64,000 nucleotides of DNA from Calcarisporiella thermophila CBS 279.70. Lineage: Eukaryota; Fungi; Calcarisporiellomycota. The DNA is taken from the NCBI RefSeq assembly GCF_041956535.1, contig NW_027192206.1, positions 229,149 to 293,148 of the forward strand, written 5' to 3'. Each line of letters opens with the position of its first letter. Positions within the stretch are counted from its first letter, which is position 1. The notes beneath the pieces were generated by a model. The model did no database searches, had not been told where the DNA came from, and saw only the letters and a list, made by a program, of their open reading frames with translations. The translations under genes and the position numbers were made by a program. Positions 27,301-38,887 of the stretch are shown here, piece by piece.

Positions 27301-28011
27301 AGGGCTTCCAAGAAGAAGGCTGGCGACAAATCTAAGCGCAGAGCAAAAGAGCCTACGGAGCTCCTGAATGCTAGTAAATCTGCCCCCATCCCAACGCAAA
27401 CAGACAAGGCTAAATCTCCCAAGAGGCCCGAATTAGATCGCTCTCTCTCCTCCTCTGCTCACAACGCCTTCCCGCCTATCATGTCAGCTGAAATATGTGT
27501 TGCAGCTCAGAGTCGTCGTCCTACTTCTCCCCAACCTGTTCTCTTCTCGAGCCTTACTGACACCACTATGAAAAGAAAGAAGACAAACCACCTCACGGCC
27601 AAACAGGAGGCACCAGGAAAGACAAAAGTACTTGGGGACGATAAGCAGCAAAAAGTGGCGGCGATCACCGACAAGGAAAAGAAGAGAAAGAAGCAGACTA
27701 ATGGGAATGAAGAAGCAAAAGAAAACGGAGCTAAGGTGCCCGCCCCGACTGCAGAAAAGGAGCAGGACACGGATGATTCAAAGAAGAAGAAGAAGAGGAA
27801 GTTGCGGAGTGCGCTCTCCTCTTTGCAAAATATGGTAAATGGGGCAGTAGGGCAAGGACTTTGGCTCCTTATTTACTAACCCCCGCCTCTACTATAGGAT
27901 TTATCGCAGTTTACGATTTTACCTGCCAAGTCATCGGCCGAGAATAATACCTCTACGGTGAAGAACGCTTTTGTAGTACCGAAACTACAAACCACGGCCA
28001 TTGACGAGTGA
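24381..28011 (+). CDS. kinesin-fold protein with degenerate (nucleotide-binding-dead) motor domain, long coiled coil and basic disordered tail; multi-exon
   Basis: Spliced N-terminus follows kinesin motif order: HQRP, SYHFNKVV, CLRGYSASIFQLG, GTFVLTDLG, SKSF, EDSLLTKL..YMGAHTRTAFFINL, ALEFASDLAKI. Heptad-rich exons follow at ~25770-26770. Confidence 0.75.
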
Positions 28012-28424
28012 AGACGAGTGCATGCCCACCCTATCTCTGTATTTGCTAGTTTCCTTTTCAATAACCATTTCTAATATATCCTGCCTTTATGACTCTATTG
28101 TCGAAGTTTTTCTATTTCGCTTCTTCGCGCTTTTGTTGGCCCTCATTAATTTTTCGTTCCATTATGCTTTAGATGTTTGTTCAACCTGTTCTATTACTAT
28201 TCCTAAGTTTATCTCTGTTATATTAGGAGTATATCGTTCATGTTTTGTTTTACTGTTAATTTATCTTTGCAGTTTCATTCGTCCGTTTCCCTATCTTTAA
28301 TAAATACTCAATAAACTCAACGATGGCGTATGTTATCTTGATTCCATGCGTTCAGTATTAAGCTGAAAACAGTCGCTATTTATTCCAAGATACATTCACT
28401 GAAGTTTATATTATCCATTGCCCT

Positions 28425-29427
28425 CTATGATGTCCTCGGTGTTTCTCCTTCTTGGGTGCCCTCGCGGGTCGCGTCGCCAAACCCGTATGCACTCCCACTG
28501 CCCTCCTCATCATCCTCGCCCTCTGCTCGGGGTGTCTCGCTTTCGACTCCGGTGAACCGAACCCCTGTCGGTGTCTCTCCTTCCTCCATATCATCATCCA
28601 CGCGCCTCCCAGTATCAAAAGCTTGTGGGGTTGGGGCGTAGCTCTGGGCACGGGATGTGGCGGGCTGGGAGATTTCTTCGTCTGACACGTCCTCTAGACC
28701 CGGTGTGCGTACGCGTTCCTCAGTGTTAGCGTCAGAGGGTGGAGGAGGAGCAGCATTGGCTAAAGCGGTGGGCGATTTTGAGGCGAGATTGGTGGTATTA
28801 GCGGAGGTGGAAAGTTCATTGAGCTCATTAGCGGCTGTGCTAGGGGTAGCGGTACTTGTGTTTGTCACGCCATTAGTGGATATTGTTCCGTCTACTAGAG
28901 GCTTGGATTGTAAGGCATCATTTTGCAAGTGTGGGGTTGTGGCAGCCTAAGCACAGTATAGTATAAATAAAATGAGCAACTGATTAATGAGGCCATTGCG
29001 CATGCACAGCTCACCTCTACTTGCTGATCTACCTGCGGTACAATTCCTTCCTCTTCTTCATCATCGAAGCTTAGTTGTCGATCAGCTGAGATATTGAGGA
29101 AGAAAATAAAGAAAAAAAAAAAAATCAAATCCTTGAATTATGAAATTGAACCCGTGATAACATAGCATTAAGAAATCTGCCTACATTTAACCCATTTAAA
29201 CACCTGAAAATTCTTCCCGTTCTTGGATGCAGTCCACTTCTTTTCCCTTTTGGTAAAAAATATGTCTTAATGTTAATCGTTTCCTCTGACATTGCAACCA
29301 GCCGGAGAAGAGAGTGAAATTAGTACCATGCTTGTACTGGTTGTAACAGTGCACGTTTTAATCGCTCATTTTCGCTGGATGCGTACCGGAAATTGCGATC
29401 CTCGCGGGATGGTCGTGTTGAACTCAT
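28425..29427 (-). CDS. BCL7-like protein (SWI/SNF/BAF accessory subunit family) with acidic low-complexity tail; 4 exons
   Basis: Exons 29427-29327 and 29246-29185 splice to MSSTRPSREDRNFRYASSENERLKRALLQPVQAWEKKWTASKNGKNFQVFKWVK, carrying the BCL7 WEKKW...I/VF/YKWV signature. Confidence 0.7.
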
Positions 29428-29819
29428 CTTTGTAGATTTATTAAATTCTGAATGACCTCGATCTTTCTTTTTGACTACCAAGTAAGTTTTTGGTGCATAT
29501 TGGGTGGCTTTGCGATCGCAATATGTATTTTATTGAAAATGGTCATAGCCTAAGAAATAAGTCTGGAATAGTGGTTTATGAATATGAAATAGTAGGAGCC
29601 GTCGAGAAATGCTGGTATTGCTAGCCCTCCTCAAAAGAATCGTGTGTCTCTCTTCACTTTTCTTTATAACTCGGCCAACCAGGTTTGTTTGAAAAATCAA
29701 CCTAATTTATTGACTGGTATCATGCCAATTCCTATACCTCTCTCTCAGCAATACACATAAGAAACACAAGGGCATGTCTAGATATACGCGTAAACACGAT
29801 AAACAATCTCACTCCGCGT

Positions 29820-30361
29820 TTATTGCTTTTCTAAAACGTGTCTATTAGGCCAGAGACACTCTTTCTCCAACTCTCCCACAAATCCCACCTCAATGCCCTT
29901 CTGCGTCAAAATCTTCACGCCCTCACAGTTCACGAAAGTTGGAGGCTCCCGTACCCCAATAACTACTCTTCCTACTTTCATTTCCAGAATCTGATCTGTA
30001 CATGACCGTTTCCCCGACAAGCGGAGACTACATGGCTCCATGGTTGTGTAAAGGGTGGCTCCATGGGCAAGGGAGCTGTCGCTGAGTTTCAGGAAGCAAC
30101 ATTCTTCTGCATGGGTATTGCCGGGAAGTTCACGCGAAAACCCAGTGGATAAAATATGGCCAGTGGTCGGCTGTACGAGAATGGCGCCGACACAATAGGC
30201 AGTGTCCACTGGCTCTGAGAGATTGGCCTGATCGACCGCTAGGCGCATGAATTGGAGATCTTCCTCTAGAATCACGGATGAGTAAGATGAAGAGTGGTAT
30301 AATACATAGTAAAAGCAACACTACCAGATGATGCACCAGTAGATTCTGCTGCTTTGTCCAT
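29820..30361 (-). CDS. zinc-dependent cytidine-deaminase-fold protein (Rib2-type DRAP deaminase domain, riboflavin synthesis)
   Basis: STGFSRELPGNTHAEECC, LYTTMEPCSLRLSGKRSC (HxE...PCxxxxxxxxC), GVREPPTFV; short first exon MDKAAEST. Confidence 0.8.
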
Positions 30362-30465
30362 TTTGAATTTCAGTCCAATGTTGTTGCTCCAGAGAAGCGA
30401 AGACTTTTATCTCCAAAAGACAAGGGACAGTCACAAATTCAATTCGATATTTTTCCTGTAGGGTT

Positions 30466-32189
30466 TTAGACATCCCGCCTCCCCGACTCCCACACTTTCT
30501 TCACGACGGGAAATCGCAGAGAAGCATTGCGCTTACTTTGGTTGGTCTCACTAAAATACTGAACCGTGATCTGCTTGCCGAGTATGAGCGATGGGTCCTG
30601 TGCGTAGCGAAGGCGCTCCTCGATCGAGAACCCCGACCCAACATTGACTTTATTGCCTATAACAAGAGCAGTGTGACCATGGAAATGAGGCGGCATATGG
30701 AACACGTCCAGTAAAGCGAATACAAACCCTTATAATAAATGATCACGCTTGTCAACACGTTGCGCTCGGCATAACTGCCATTCTCGGGGATACGCATAAC
30801 CCCAGTGACAATGTCGTGGACGATAAATTCTTGGTCGGTGTAGTGCTTGATTTTGAGGATATCCCGACTGAACCAAAAAAGACATACGCGTTAATCAATT
30901 TATCACGCCATAAAGACCAGCAAAAACTGCTGTTTAATCGTTTACCTTCTCTTCCCTTTGTAAGCCGCGTCTTTTCGTAAAATCAAACCCTCCCACCGAC
31001 CCTTGTCTGCCTGTCGTACCAACTCCTCCAAATGCGCTTTGCTCTGTACTGGTGTCTGCTCGACTATTCTCAGTAGCTCACCCCCATGTTTCCCGATCAC
31101 TTCCTGTAGAAACTCCAGTCGCTTCGAGAACAGCCGAATCCCTTTCCGCCTCTCAAACTCCACCTTGCTCAAGATGTCGAAAGCAAAAAATGTCGGCTGT
31201 TGTACAGTATGGTCCTGTCTCATCACCTCGCTCGCGGTCATCTGAAAGTCATCCTCCTCTAGCCCGGAATCAGAACGCTTCAGCACGCAAATTTCCCCGT
31301 CAAGCACAAATCCATACTTCCACTCCCCAGCATTCTCCTCCTTATTATATATATCGAAATCCTTCTTCACTAACCGGAAGAATTCTCCTTGCTTGCTCTC
31401 CCACCACCGCCGCATCGTCATTGCCACCGCAGACTCCACCTTTCCTAGGCTTTTGAATCGTCTGCCTCCTCTTGAATAGGTCAACACATTCAAGACCTGG
31501 GGGTTGGGTAGATCCCAGTCCACGGATATCAAGCATCGCACCCCATCCAATTTGCGGGAAGAAAACCAACCCTCTATATGGCGATCTTTCTTCTCGTCAA
31601 ACGAGTGCGCGAGTGAAACATGGAAACGTGGTATGGTGCCTGGATAAACCTCATTGATAGTTGCAATGGAGCACCCAGTCTTTAAATTTTTATCCAGCAC
31701 TTTGTTGAATATATCCCGCCGTCTCTCATCATTGCCACAGAATCTCATTTGAAAAGCGGATATTGCGTAGAGCGCTTTGTGGCCAGTAATTTCCCGTAGG
31801 CTCAGAGCAGCAAGTAGGCTACCCAGCGATTTAAACTGCGGTGTATCTTCTGGAATATTGAAATTCTTTTCCTTTTGAAATCCTACAAGCCGCGCGGAAG
31901 TGACGTTAAAATTGAGTGCTGGGTCGTAAATTTGCCGAAGAAGTGGCAGGCTCTCAGGGTATTCGCGCAGAATCTCCTTCTTCTCTATCGAGGAATTGAC
32001 GGTATTTAGACGATCAACGAGATGTTGGAGTTGAGCAAGTTCATCCCTCGAATTAGAAGTTGAATGTGTTGATGCGGATGCTGCAGCTGAAGAAGAATGA
32101 GTGAGACGGTGGACTTGGCGGGAGGAATGGTGGGAGCGGCACGTCAGCTGTTTAACTATGGGAAATAATCGAAAGAAAATCGCGGCCAT
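30466..32189 (-). CDS. ATP-dependent DNA ligase, bacterial/phage-like type, with putative mitochondrial presequence
   Basis: Motif I SRKLDGVRC, III VLDGEIC, IIIa FFAFDIL, IV EGLILRK, V YKGKRS..ILKIK; OB domain VGSGFS...GKQITVQYF...SLRFPV. Two introns; Arg/Ser-rich acid-free N-terminus. Confidence 0.88.
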
Positions 32190-32717
32190 GCTCTTGGAGG
32201 TGGAGAGCGAGTTTTCCAACGCGAGAAATTGGTAAGGCTGGAACACTTTTCCAAGTCAAATTTATTGACATTCAACCCTAAATAGATACCTATTCTAAAT
32301 ACTTATTGAAGAAATATGATTCTGTCTCCCCATATACCCTGCTCCACTATGCTGATAGCCAACCTGTACCTCTTGGGAATAGCCTTTAAGAAATGCAGCA
32401 AAAAGTACGTCAGGAGAAAATGCCCCATATCCTGTCGCCTTTTTAACTGGCTGCCCAATATAATTGAACTCTTTGTTCATAGTTAGTCTTTTCGTTGAAA
32501 AAAGGTTTTATTAGAAAGAGCTAGAAAGGAAATAAGAATAGAACGGAGGCATTAGAGAATATGTAAATGGCAATCTCTACACGATAAACCATGCAAAAAA
32601 AAACCAATAGATCAAAGCAAAATAGCAGAGTGGTTATTACAGTTAGCGGTTCTATACAAATAACAATAGCAATAATGATAGCGTAAGAAAGGGAACAAAA
32701 ATAGATAAGGGGGATCA

Positions 32718-34401
32718 TTAGCTGATAGCGACTTTGCGCACCGACTCCACCACGCGATTTTCCCATCCAGGATGGAGCACGAACATCGCATGATCAAGCT
32801 TGGGCATCAGGTAGGTTTCGATGCCCAGCTCCTTCAAATATGTATACACCTTGGGCGAGTTGATGATATTATCTTTTTCTGAAAGATACACCACGGTTTT
32901 TGAGCTCCCGCTGTTTTTCCCGCCCACCGGAAGGGGCTCAAGCGTGTCCCGTTTTGGGAAGAGCGCGGCCTGATGCCAGTGAAAGTGCCGGCTAATATAA
33001 TATGAGATGTGCAGCTCCCGAGCCGCAAAGAAATAGGTAATGAACTAATTTGAACGAATAAAATAGACTTGATGAGACATGCTTCTGCGCACGAACACAG
33101 TTCGGACTGTAACCTACCTCTGTGATGGTTTTGGGCTTCCGATACACAAAATTGTAAGCAACGTCGTGATAATGCAAGAGAAAGCAAATTGGGTCAAGCA
33201 ACACCAGGCCGCTGACGATCTTCGGCGAGAGCTTCAGACTCCATGCACACACAGCACTCCCAAGTGAGTGACCAACAAAGGTGGCGTGCGTGTATCCGTG
33301 TTGAAGCAGCATCGTCTCGATCATGGCCGCGGTCTCCGAAGCATTCACCTGGCAAGACTGCAAACGCATGCTCACATAGGGTAACTCGACGATGAAGATT
33401 GGGTGACCAAGGGTACGCATCTTACGAATGAAATTGAGATACATGACGATACCGACCCCTAAGCCGTGAATGAAGACGATCGGCTTCTGCTGCTGCGTAG
33501 AGGTGGACGGCTTCAAATACCAATAGGTTTGGGATTGCCGAGTCTCCTCTTTAAGGTCGAGGTCAAGCGTCATCGACCAGTAACCAGAGTCGACACCGTC
33601 TCCAGGAAGCTTTACAAATCCCATGAACCGGAGGAGAAACTCCGCGATGTATCTTAAGATAATAAACACCTATCAAGTAGACCAACAACGGTTAACACCT
33701 AAATTGCCACTTGGCCTAAAAGCCTGAAAACCCTACCGAATAAAACACAAAAGGACGATGGATAGCGTTAACCGGGTCAAAATTCAGGCGTAAACATTTG
33801 ATTTTCTGGTTATATCCGGGTGCAAACTTAAACTTGTACTCCTGCTCCAAGAGTTTTACGATTTCATCTACCTCACGCCGTTTCTCTTCGCACTCGTTTA
33901 GCTGTTCCAAATCTCGGCCGTAGAAAGCCCACGAAATCCTGTTGCAAACATAATGTCAAATACGGTTTAGACCCAGAAAAAAACTCCTCTAAAGATAATG
34001 GTATACCATTCAGCAGTATTATCCCAATAAATATCCGAAATTCGCGCGGGTTTTCCGTTCTGCAGGCGGAACCATCCACTCAACCACGAGTGTGCGTCAT
34101 CTTTCACCGTCTCCATCACCCCTCTTATCATCTCTTCCCTGGAGCCCTTGTCTATTTCTGGGCATCTTAACCTCCGCTGATACCGAGAGCGAGATGTGTA
34201 AAAGTAGATATAGAACAGCAGTTCAAAGCCAAGACCATAATGCACAAAGGCAACTACAGGTGGCGAGAAATGGGTGGCAAGTGGTGAGACATGGAATATA
34301 AAGAAATAAATATAATATGCAATGGCTAGTGGGGCTACGGATGTGAGGAAAATGGTGCTGAGCTGAAGGATGGACCGAGTGACGACGTTGTCTGGTATCA
34401 T
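32718..34401 (-). CDS. membrane-anchored alpha/beta hydrolase, multi-exon
   Basis: N-terminal TMs, RLNFDPVNAIHRP, PIVFIHGLGVG, nucleophile elbow GHSLG, LLDPICFLL, Asp (SEKDNI) and His (LDHAMF). Confidence 0.85.
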
Positions 34402-35359
34402 TCTATCTATGCACTCTATATGTGTGCAAATGGGGGGATTGTGTATATTTAAACTTTTCCGTGGTAAGGAGGAAAAGCCGAGGTGATTGCAAGAGGAACA
34501 AAAGAGAAAATAAATAGATGCATCAAATATTTCTAGGGGGTTGCATAATAAACGGTTCAATTATAACCCTTCACATGTTTCGTACCAAACAAATCATGGC
34601 TTGTTTTCCCTGAGTTTGAAGGATTTGAAATCAATTCGGTGATAGGTTAGGTTAGCATAATTAGAGGGAGAATGCAATATATGCGGATCCCTCTTTTTGT
34701 CCGAGATGAGATAATCCAACCTCTTCTGATTCTCGAGTTCCCAAGATGATCTTACCTTGGGAACAAGACCGAGTGGGGGACCCTTTTTGATGATGAAGTT
34801 TTGGATGGGTAATTTTCAGCCTAGTGGAGACAGTCACTACAGTTGAACCCCAAGTTGTCATTAAACTGACATAAAACGATACATCACGGTCCGCTGTACC
34901 ACTCGAAATAAAAAAAAAAAATATAGCGGATTTTTTCTGACAAATAGCCCGGAATCGGTTTTGGACTTATTTTTTTCTCAGAGCAAATCTTCACAAGCAC
35001 TCGAGTTCTTTTTTAAATTAATAAAGATATTTTTCCAAGGTTTTAGAGGAAGCAGAATGGTGGGTTGCGCCAATCATGGTTTGTAGTTGGCGTAAGGGCC
35101 TGTTGGTCAATGCATTTACTTTAAAAGAACATATAGAAACCTTCCGAAGACATTATCTCGATTGCCTTGACCCTGGCCCGTCTGAGCTCTTCGCCTCTTA
35201 ACCATAATTAACCAGGGGAGAGGACAGAGAAAGTTGCTTTAAAAAGGAACTCCAAAGAGGGGGCTGCAAAATATAACCCCGGAATATTCGCCCATCTCCT
35301 CTTCTCCTAGCGATTGTCGCTCCATCACACCTTTTATTTCGTACAGACACCCAGCCCCT

Positions 35360-36915
35360 ATGACAACGGAAGTGGTCGAGGTATTGAACGGTAATACGCT
35401 GACCATCCGCTTTCTCCCCCTTATCTCATTTGGATTTGATCCTTGCAGAAAAGCCGCAGGATTATGCTACTGAGCGGAAAGCCTCCGCAAAGTCCGAGGA
35501 TTCCACTGTCGTTTCGGAGGATATTGTACTCGAGAACGGGAAGCAGCTGAAGGTTTCACACGCACCTAAGCGTAACGCCTCATCATGGACAGCATTTGTC
35601 AACGTTGTGTGCGCGGTGGCGGGCGCTGGGGCACTTGGTATTCCTCACGCCGTGCAACAATGTGGATGGTGCGGCATCATTCTACTTGCGCTTGCGCACA
35701 TCATGGCAGGATATTCGGGGGTGGTGCTGATCAAGTGTTTATATTACAAGGGCAAGTGAGTATCTGTCTAGAGGTTGGTCTGAAGGTTGAACACCACTAA
35801 TCCCTATGGAACTAGTGAGTATCGACTCAGTAGCTATCAAGAGGTGGGAGAGCATGCTTTCGGGAAAATAGGCAAATATCTTACTATCGTCTTCAACTGC
35901 ACCATCCAACTGGGCGCACCCATCCTTTACCTTATTCTCTCGGGAACAAACTTCCAACTGCTGCTTGGACCGCTGGGCGTGCCAGTATCGATGAAGGCGT
36001 GGGTGTTTATACTTACTGGCACCATAGCCGTTCCTTTCGTTCTTACCAAAACCATGAAAGAAGTGGCCATCCTCAGGTGAGAATTCGAATTTCTAGTTCA
36101 GTAGGAAGCCTAGTCTCATACATGTGCTTTCCTAACGCAACAGCCTTTTTGGGGTACTTGCCACAGCAGTGACAGTTGTCGTGGTTATGATTGTATCCTC
36201 GGTAGAATACGGCCTCCAGACTGAGCATGCAGAACATGCGTTTCTCATCCCAGCGCGGCTGCCTATTGCCCTCTCTACCTTTGCCTTTGCATACGGAGGC
36301 AACGTCATCTACCCGCACGTCGAAGGCACCATGGCCAAGCCAAAGCAATGGACGTGTACTTTCAATCTGGGGCTCATGCTTGTATCCGTGTTGTATTTTG
36401 GTGTCGCCATACCTTCGTACCTTGCGTACGGAAATGCTACAGCAAACCCGGTCTATAACAACCTTCCGGCCGCTTGGCCACGGACTGTCGCTATCATTTT
36501 CATCACGGCGCACGTGCTTCTCGCAACTCCCCTTTTCCTCACCTCCTTCGCTCTCGAAGTCGAAGGTGGTCTAAACATAAACCGCGTACGCTATTCTGCC
36601 CGAAAAGAGCTACTTTTACGCGCTACCGTGAGGATACTAACGATTCTCTTATGCGCAACTATTGCCGTCGTTATTCCCTATTTCGAGAATGTGATGGAGC
36701 TGATGGGAAGCGTTGCGCAAGGTGCAATCGTGTTTATTTTCCCGCTCCTGTTCTATGTGAAATTGTATGGATGGCGGAGTTTCCGGTGGTATGAGCTATT
36801 GTGGATCGCCATCGCAGTTGCAATAGGCACTGCGGGTTCTGTAATCGGAATGATAGACGCGGTTCACGGCCTGATAGCGGCCATCAAGGCGGATAGCCAT
36901 TCCGGTCTTGTTTGA
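35360..36915 (+). CDS. amino acid transporter, AAAP/Aa_trans (Avt1-like) family
   Basis: AFVNVVCAVAGAGALGIPHA, SYQEVGEHAFG, FAFAYGGNVIYPHVE, IPYFENVMELMGS; 3 introns. Confidence 0.92.
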
Positions 36916-37164
36916 TACTGGAGTGAAGCTTAGCTCATAACCCGTTTCAAAGTTGTATTATAGCTTCTATTGTATTATTAACATCGGTCGATATTTAGTA
37001 TTGATCTTGAGCTCGAGAATCATAAATTGGGATATCGGTTGGATATCTTTCGATAAAACTCAAGATTTCCCTCTGGATCACAAGTTGGGGAAAATTTGCC
37101 ACTAAAAAGAATGCATTTTTACTTTGATCCAGAAATACAGTGCCTCTATATTTAATTATTCATA

Positions 37165-37193
37165 GTGATGTAGACCATGATGGTCTACATCAC
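37165..37193. repeat. perfect palindrome, 14-bp arms, 1-nt spacer
   Basis: GTGATGTAGACCAT-G-ATGGTCTACATCAC. Confidence 0.95.
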
Positions 37194-37872
37194 ATGCAAA
37201 GATATCCAGTAGGGGTACGCTCGAGATTTCATGATTATGGATAGGATTCCACCATGAAGCTGCTACCAAGATAATTTCACCTTCACATAGGAAAAACCCG
37301 GTCTTCTTTTTTAACCTGGAAGAAGAATTCGTATTCCTCTGTGTGATGTTTCATTATGCCAAATCACAGTCCAACAGGGTTCCTGCAGGATTGAATAGGA
37401 ATTCTAGAACAGACAGATTCTCTTGGATCGGTAGAGTCAATCAATTTTACCGGTGAATTAATAATCGACTCATCTCGGAGTAACAATGACTCAAGAGTCG
37501 CATATATAGAAATAATATAACGCATATAGAATTAACTGTATACCTTTAAGCTGCATCCATCAGATCCTTTGCAGAAAAGAGAAAATGCGGTGAATTTTAA
37601 TTATGTTTAACCGAGTCTTGGTTGAGCTATTTTACTGTATTTGATTGCAATTGACGAAGCTTAAAATTAACACCGCCATTTGGATTCAAGAAATGCGCCG
37701 AGAGCTGAATCACTATGAAGAGAGAAATTCTACCAAAAGTGTGGAATATAAACAAGGAGACAGAAAAAGAATATACAAGAGACAATAGATAAAAGAAAAA
37801 ACAAGCAACTATACAACTAGGATGGTATCCAAAGAATCCCGCAGTCCCAAAGAGAAGTTTAAATAATAGAAA

Positions 37873-38887
37873 TCAATACATCAATACCTCTTTCGGTAAA
37901 ATCCCTCTTGGCTCATCTATGCCAAGTGCGGGTAAAAAGCTGCCGGTCTTGCCTGTGGAGGCGAGTGTAACCGGAGTCATGGATGGATTTTCAAACATAG
38001 ACTTCCATTCAGGTTTGGCGAGGAGGGATTTGATAGCCTCATCAGGGAGGTCGACCGATTGTGACATATCGGGAAAGTACCGCAGTGTATTATCCGATTT
38101 CTCGAGATTATCTGGGAAGAAGTCGAGATCGTGCATTAGGAAATTCGGTGAAGGGGTTTGCGCGTAGTCGGAATCCATCGCGCTAGTAAAGGAGTCAGGG
38201 GTAAACTGGAGCGGGTCTAGCTCTAGAGGCTTGGGGACAAATTCTTCATAGTCCAGCTGTGAGGTATCGCTATCGTCGTCACACTCGTCCCCCCGGCTCC
38301 CAGTGCCCAACTTTCCCTCATCCGTGAAGAGGTTCCCCTTTGGCAAGGCCTCCATCACACCTACTTCCTCTTCCTCCTCCTCTGGCTCCACAGAACTATA
38401 TCGTGAGGTAGGCGTTTTTTTTTGTTCAGATAGGAGTTTTTTCAACATGAGATTCTCCTCCCGCAGGCGGTTCGCCTCGCGTTCCCAATGCTCGAGCTCG
38501 CTAATACGGGTCTCAAGATCCTGTACGTATTTCTCCTTTCTCTCACGAAAGGCTCGTTGTGCCATTCGGTTTTGTATTCTTCGCTTCTATAGAGCGGAAG
38601 CAGAACAAGAGATCAATAAATAAATAGCTCCTAGAAAACAAAGGTTTCTCCAAGTGGGTACTCACCGCATTCTTATCTTTAGGCTCTGCACCAGCAGATA
38701 CATTAATTGGTTTCCTTCCAGGTTTAGTGACCATTTGGCGCTTCGTTCGAGCGGAACGGCGAATCTCTTTATAGTCGTCATACTCGTCATCATCCTCGGC
38801 ATAGCTTTTGCGCTTCGTAGAGCGCCTTGGTTTGCCCTCCCCGGACCACAGGTTACTGTTGTAGTCTGAATTGGAGTCAGAGCTCAT
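37873..38887 (-). CDS. bZIP transcription factor (Yap/AP-1-like basic region)
   Basis: KPGRKP...KRRIQNRMAQRAFRERKEKYVQDLETRISELE followed by a leucine zipper; one intron. Confidence 0.88.

Noticed and set aside
37873-38887. bZIP as Yap1 or HapX orthologue
   Set aside because: There are no Cys-rich domains and no Hap4-like motif.
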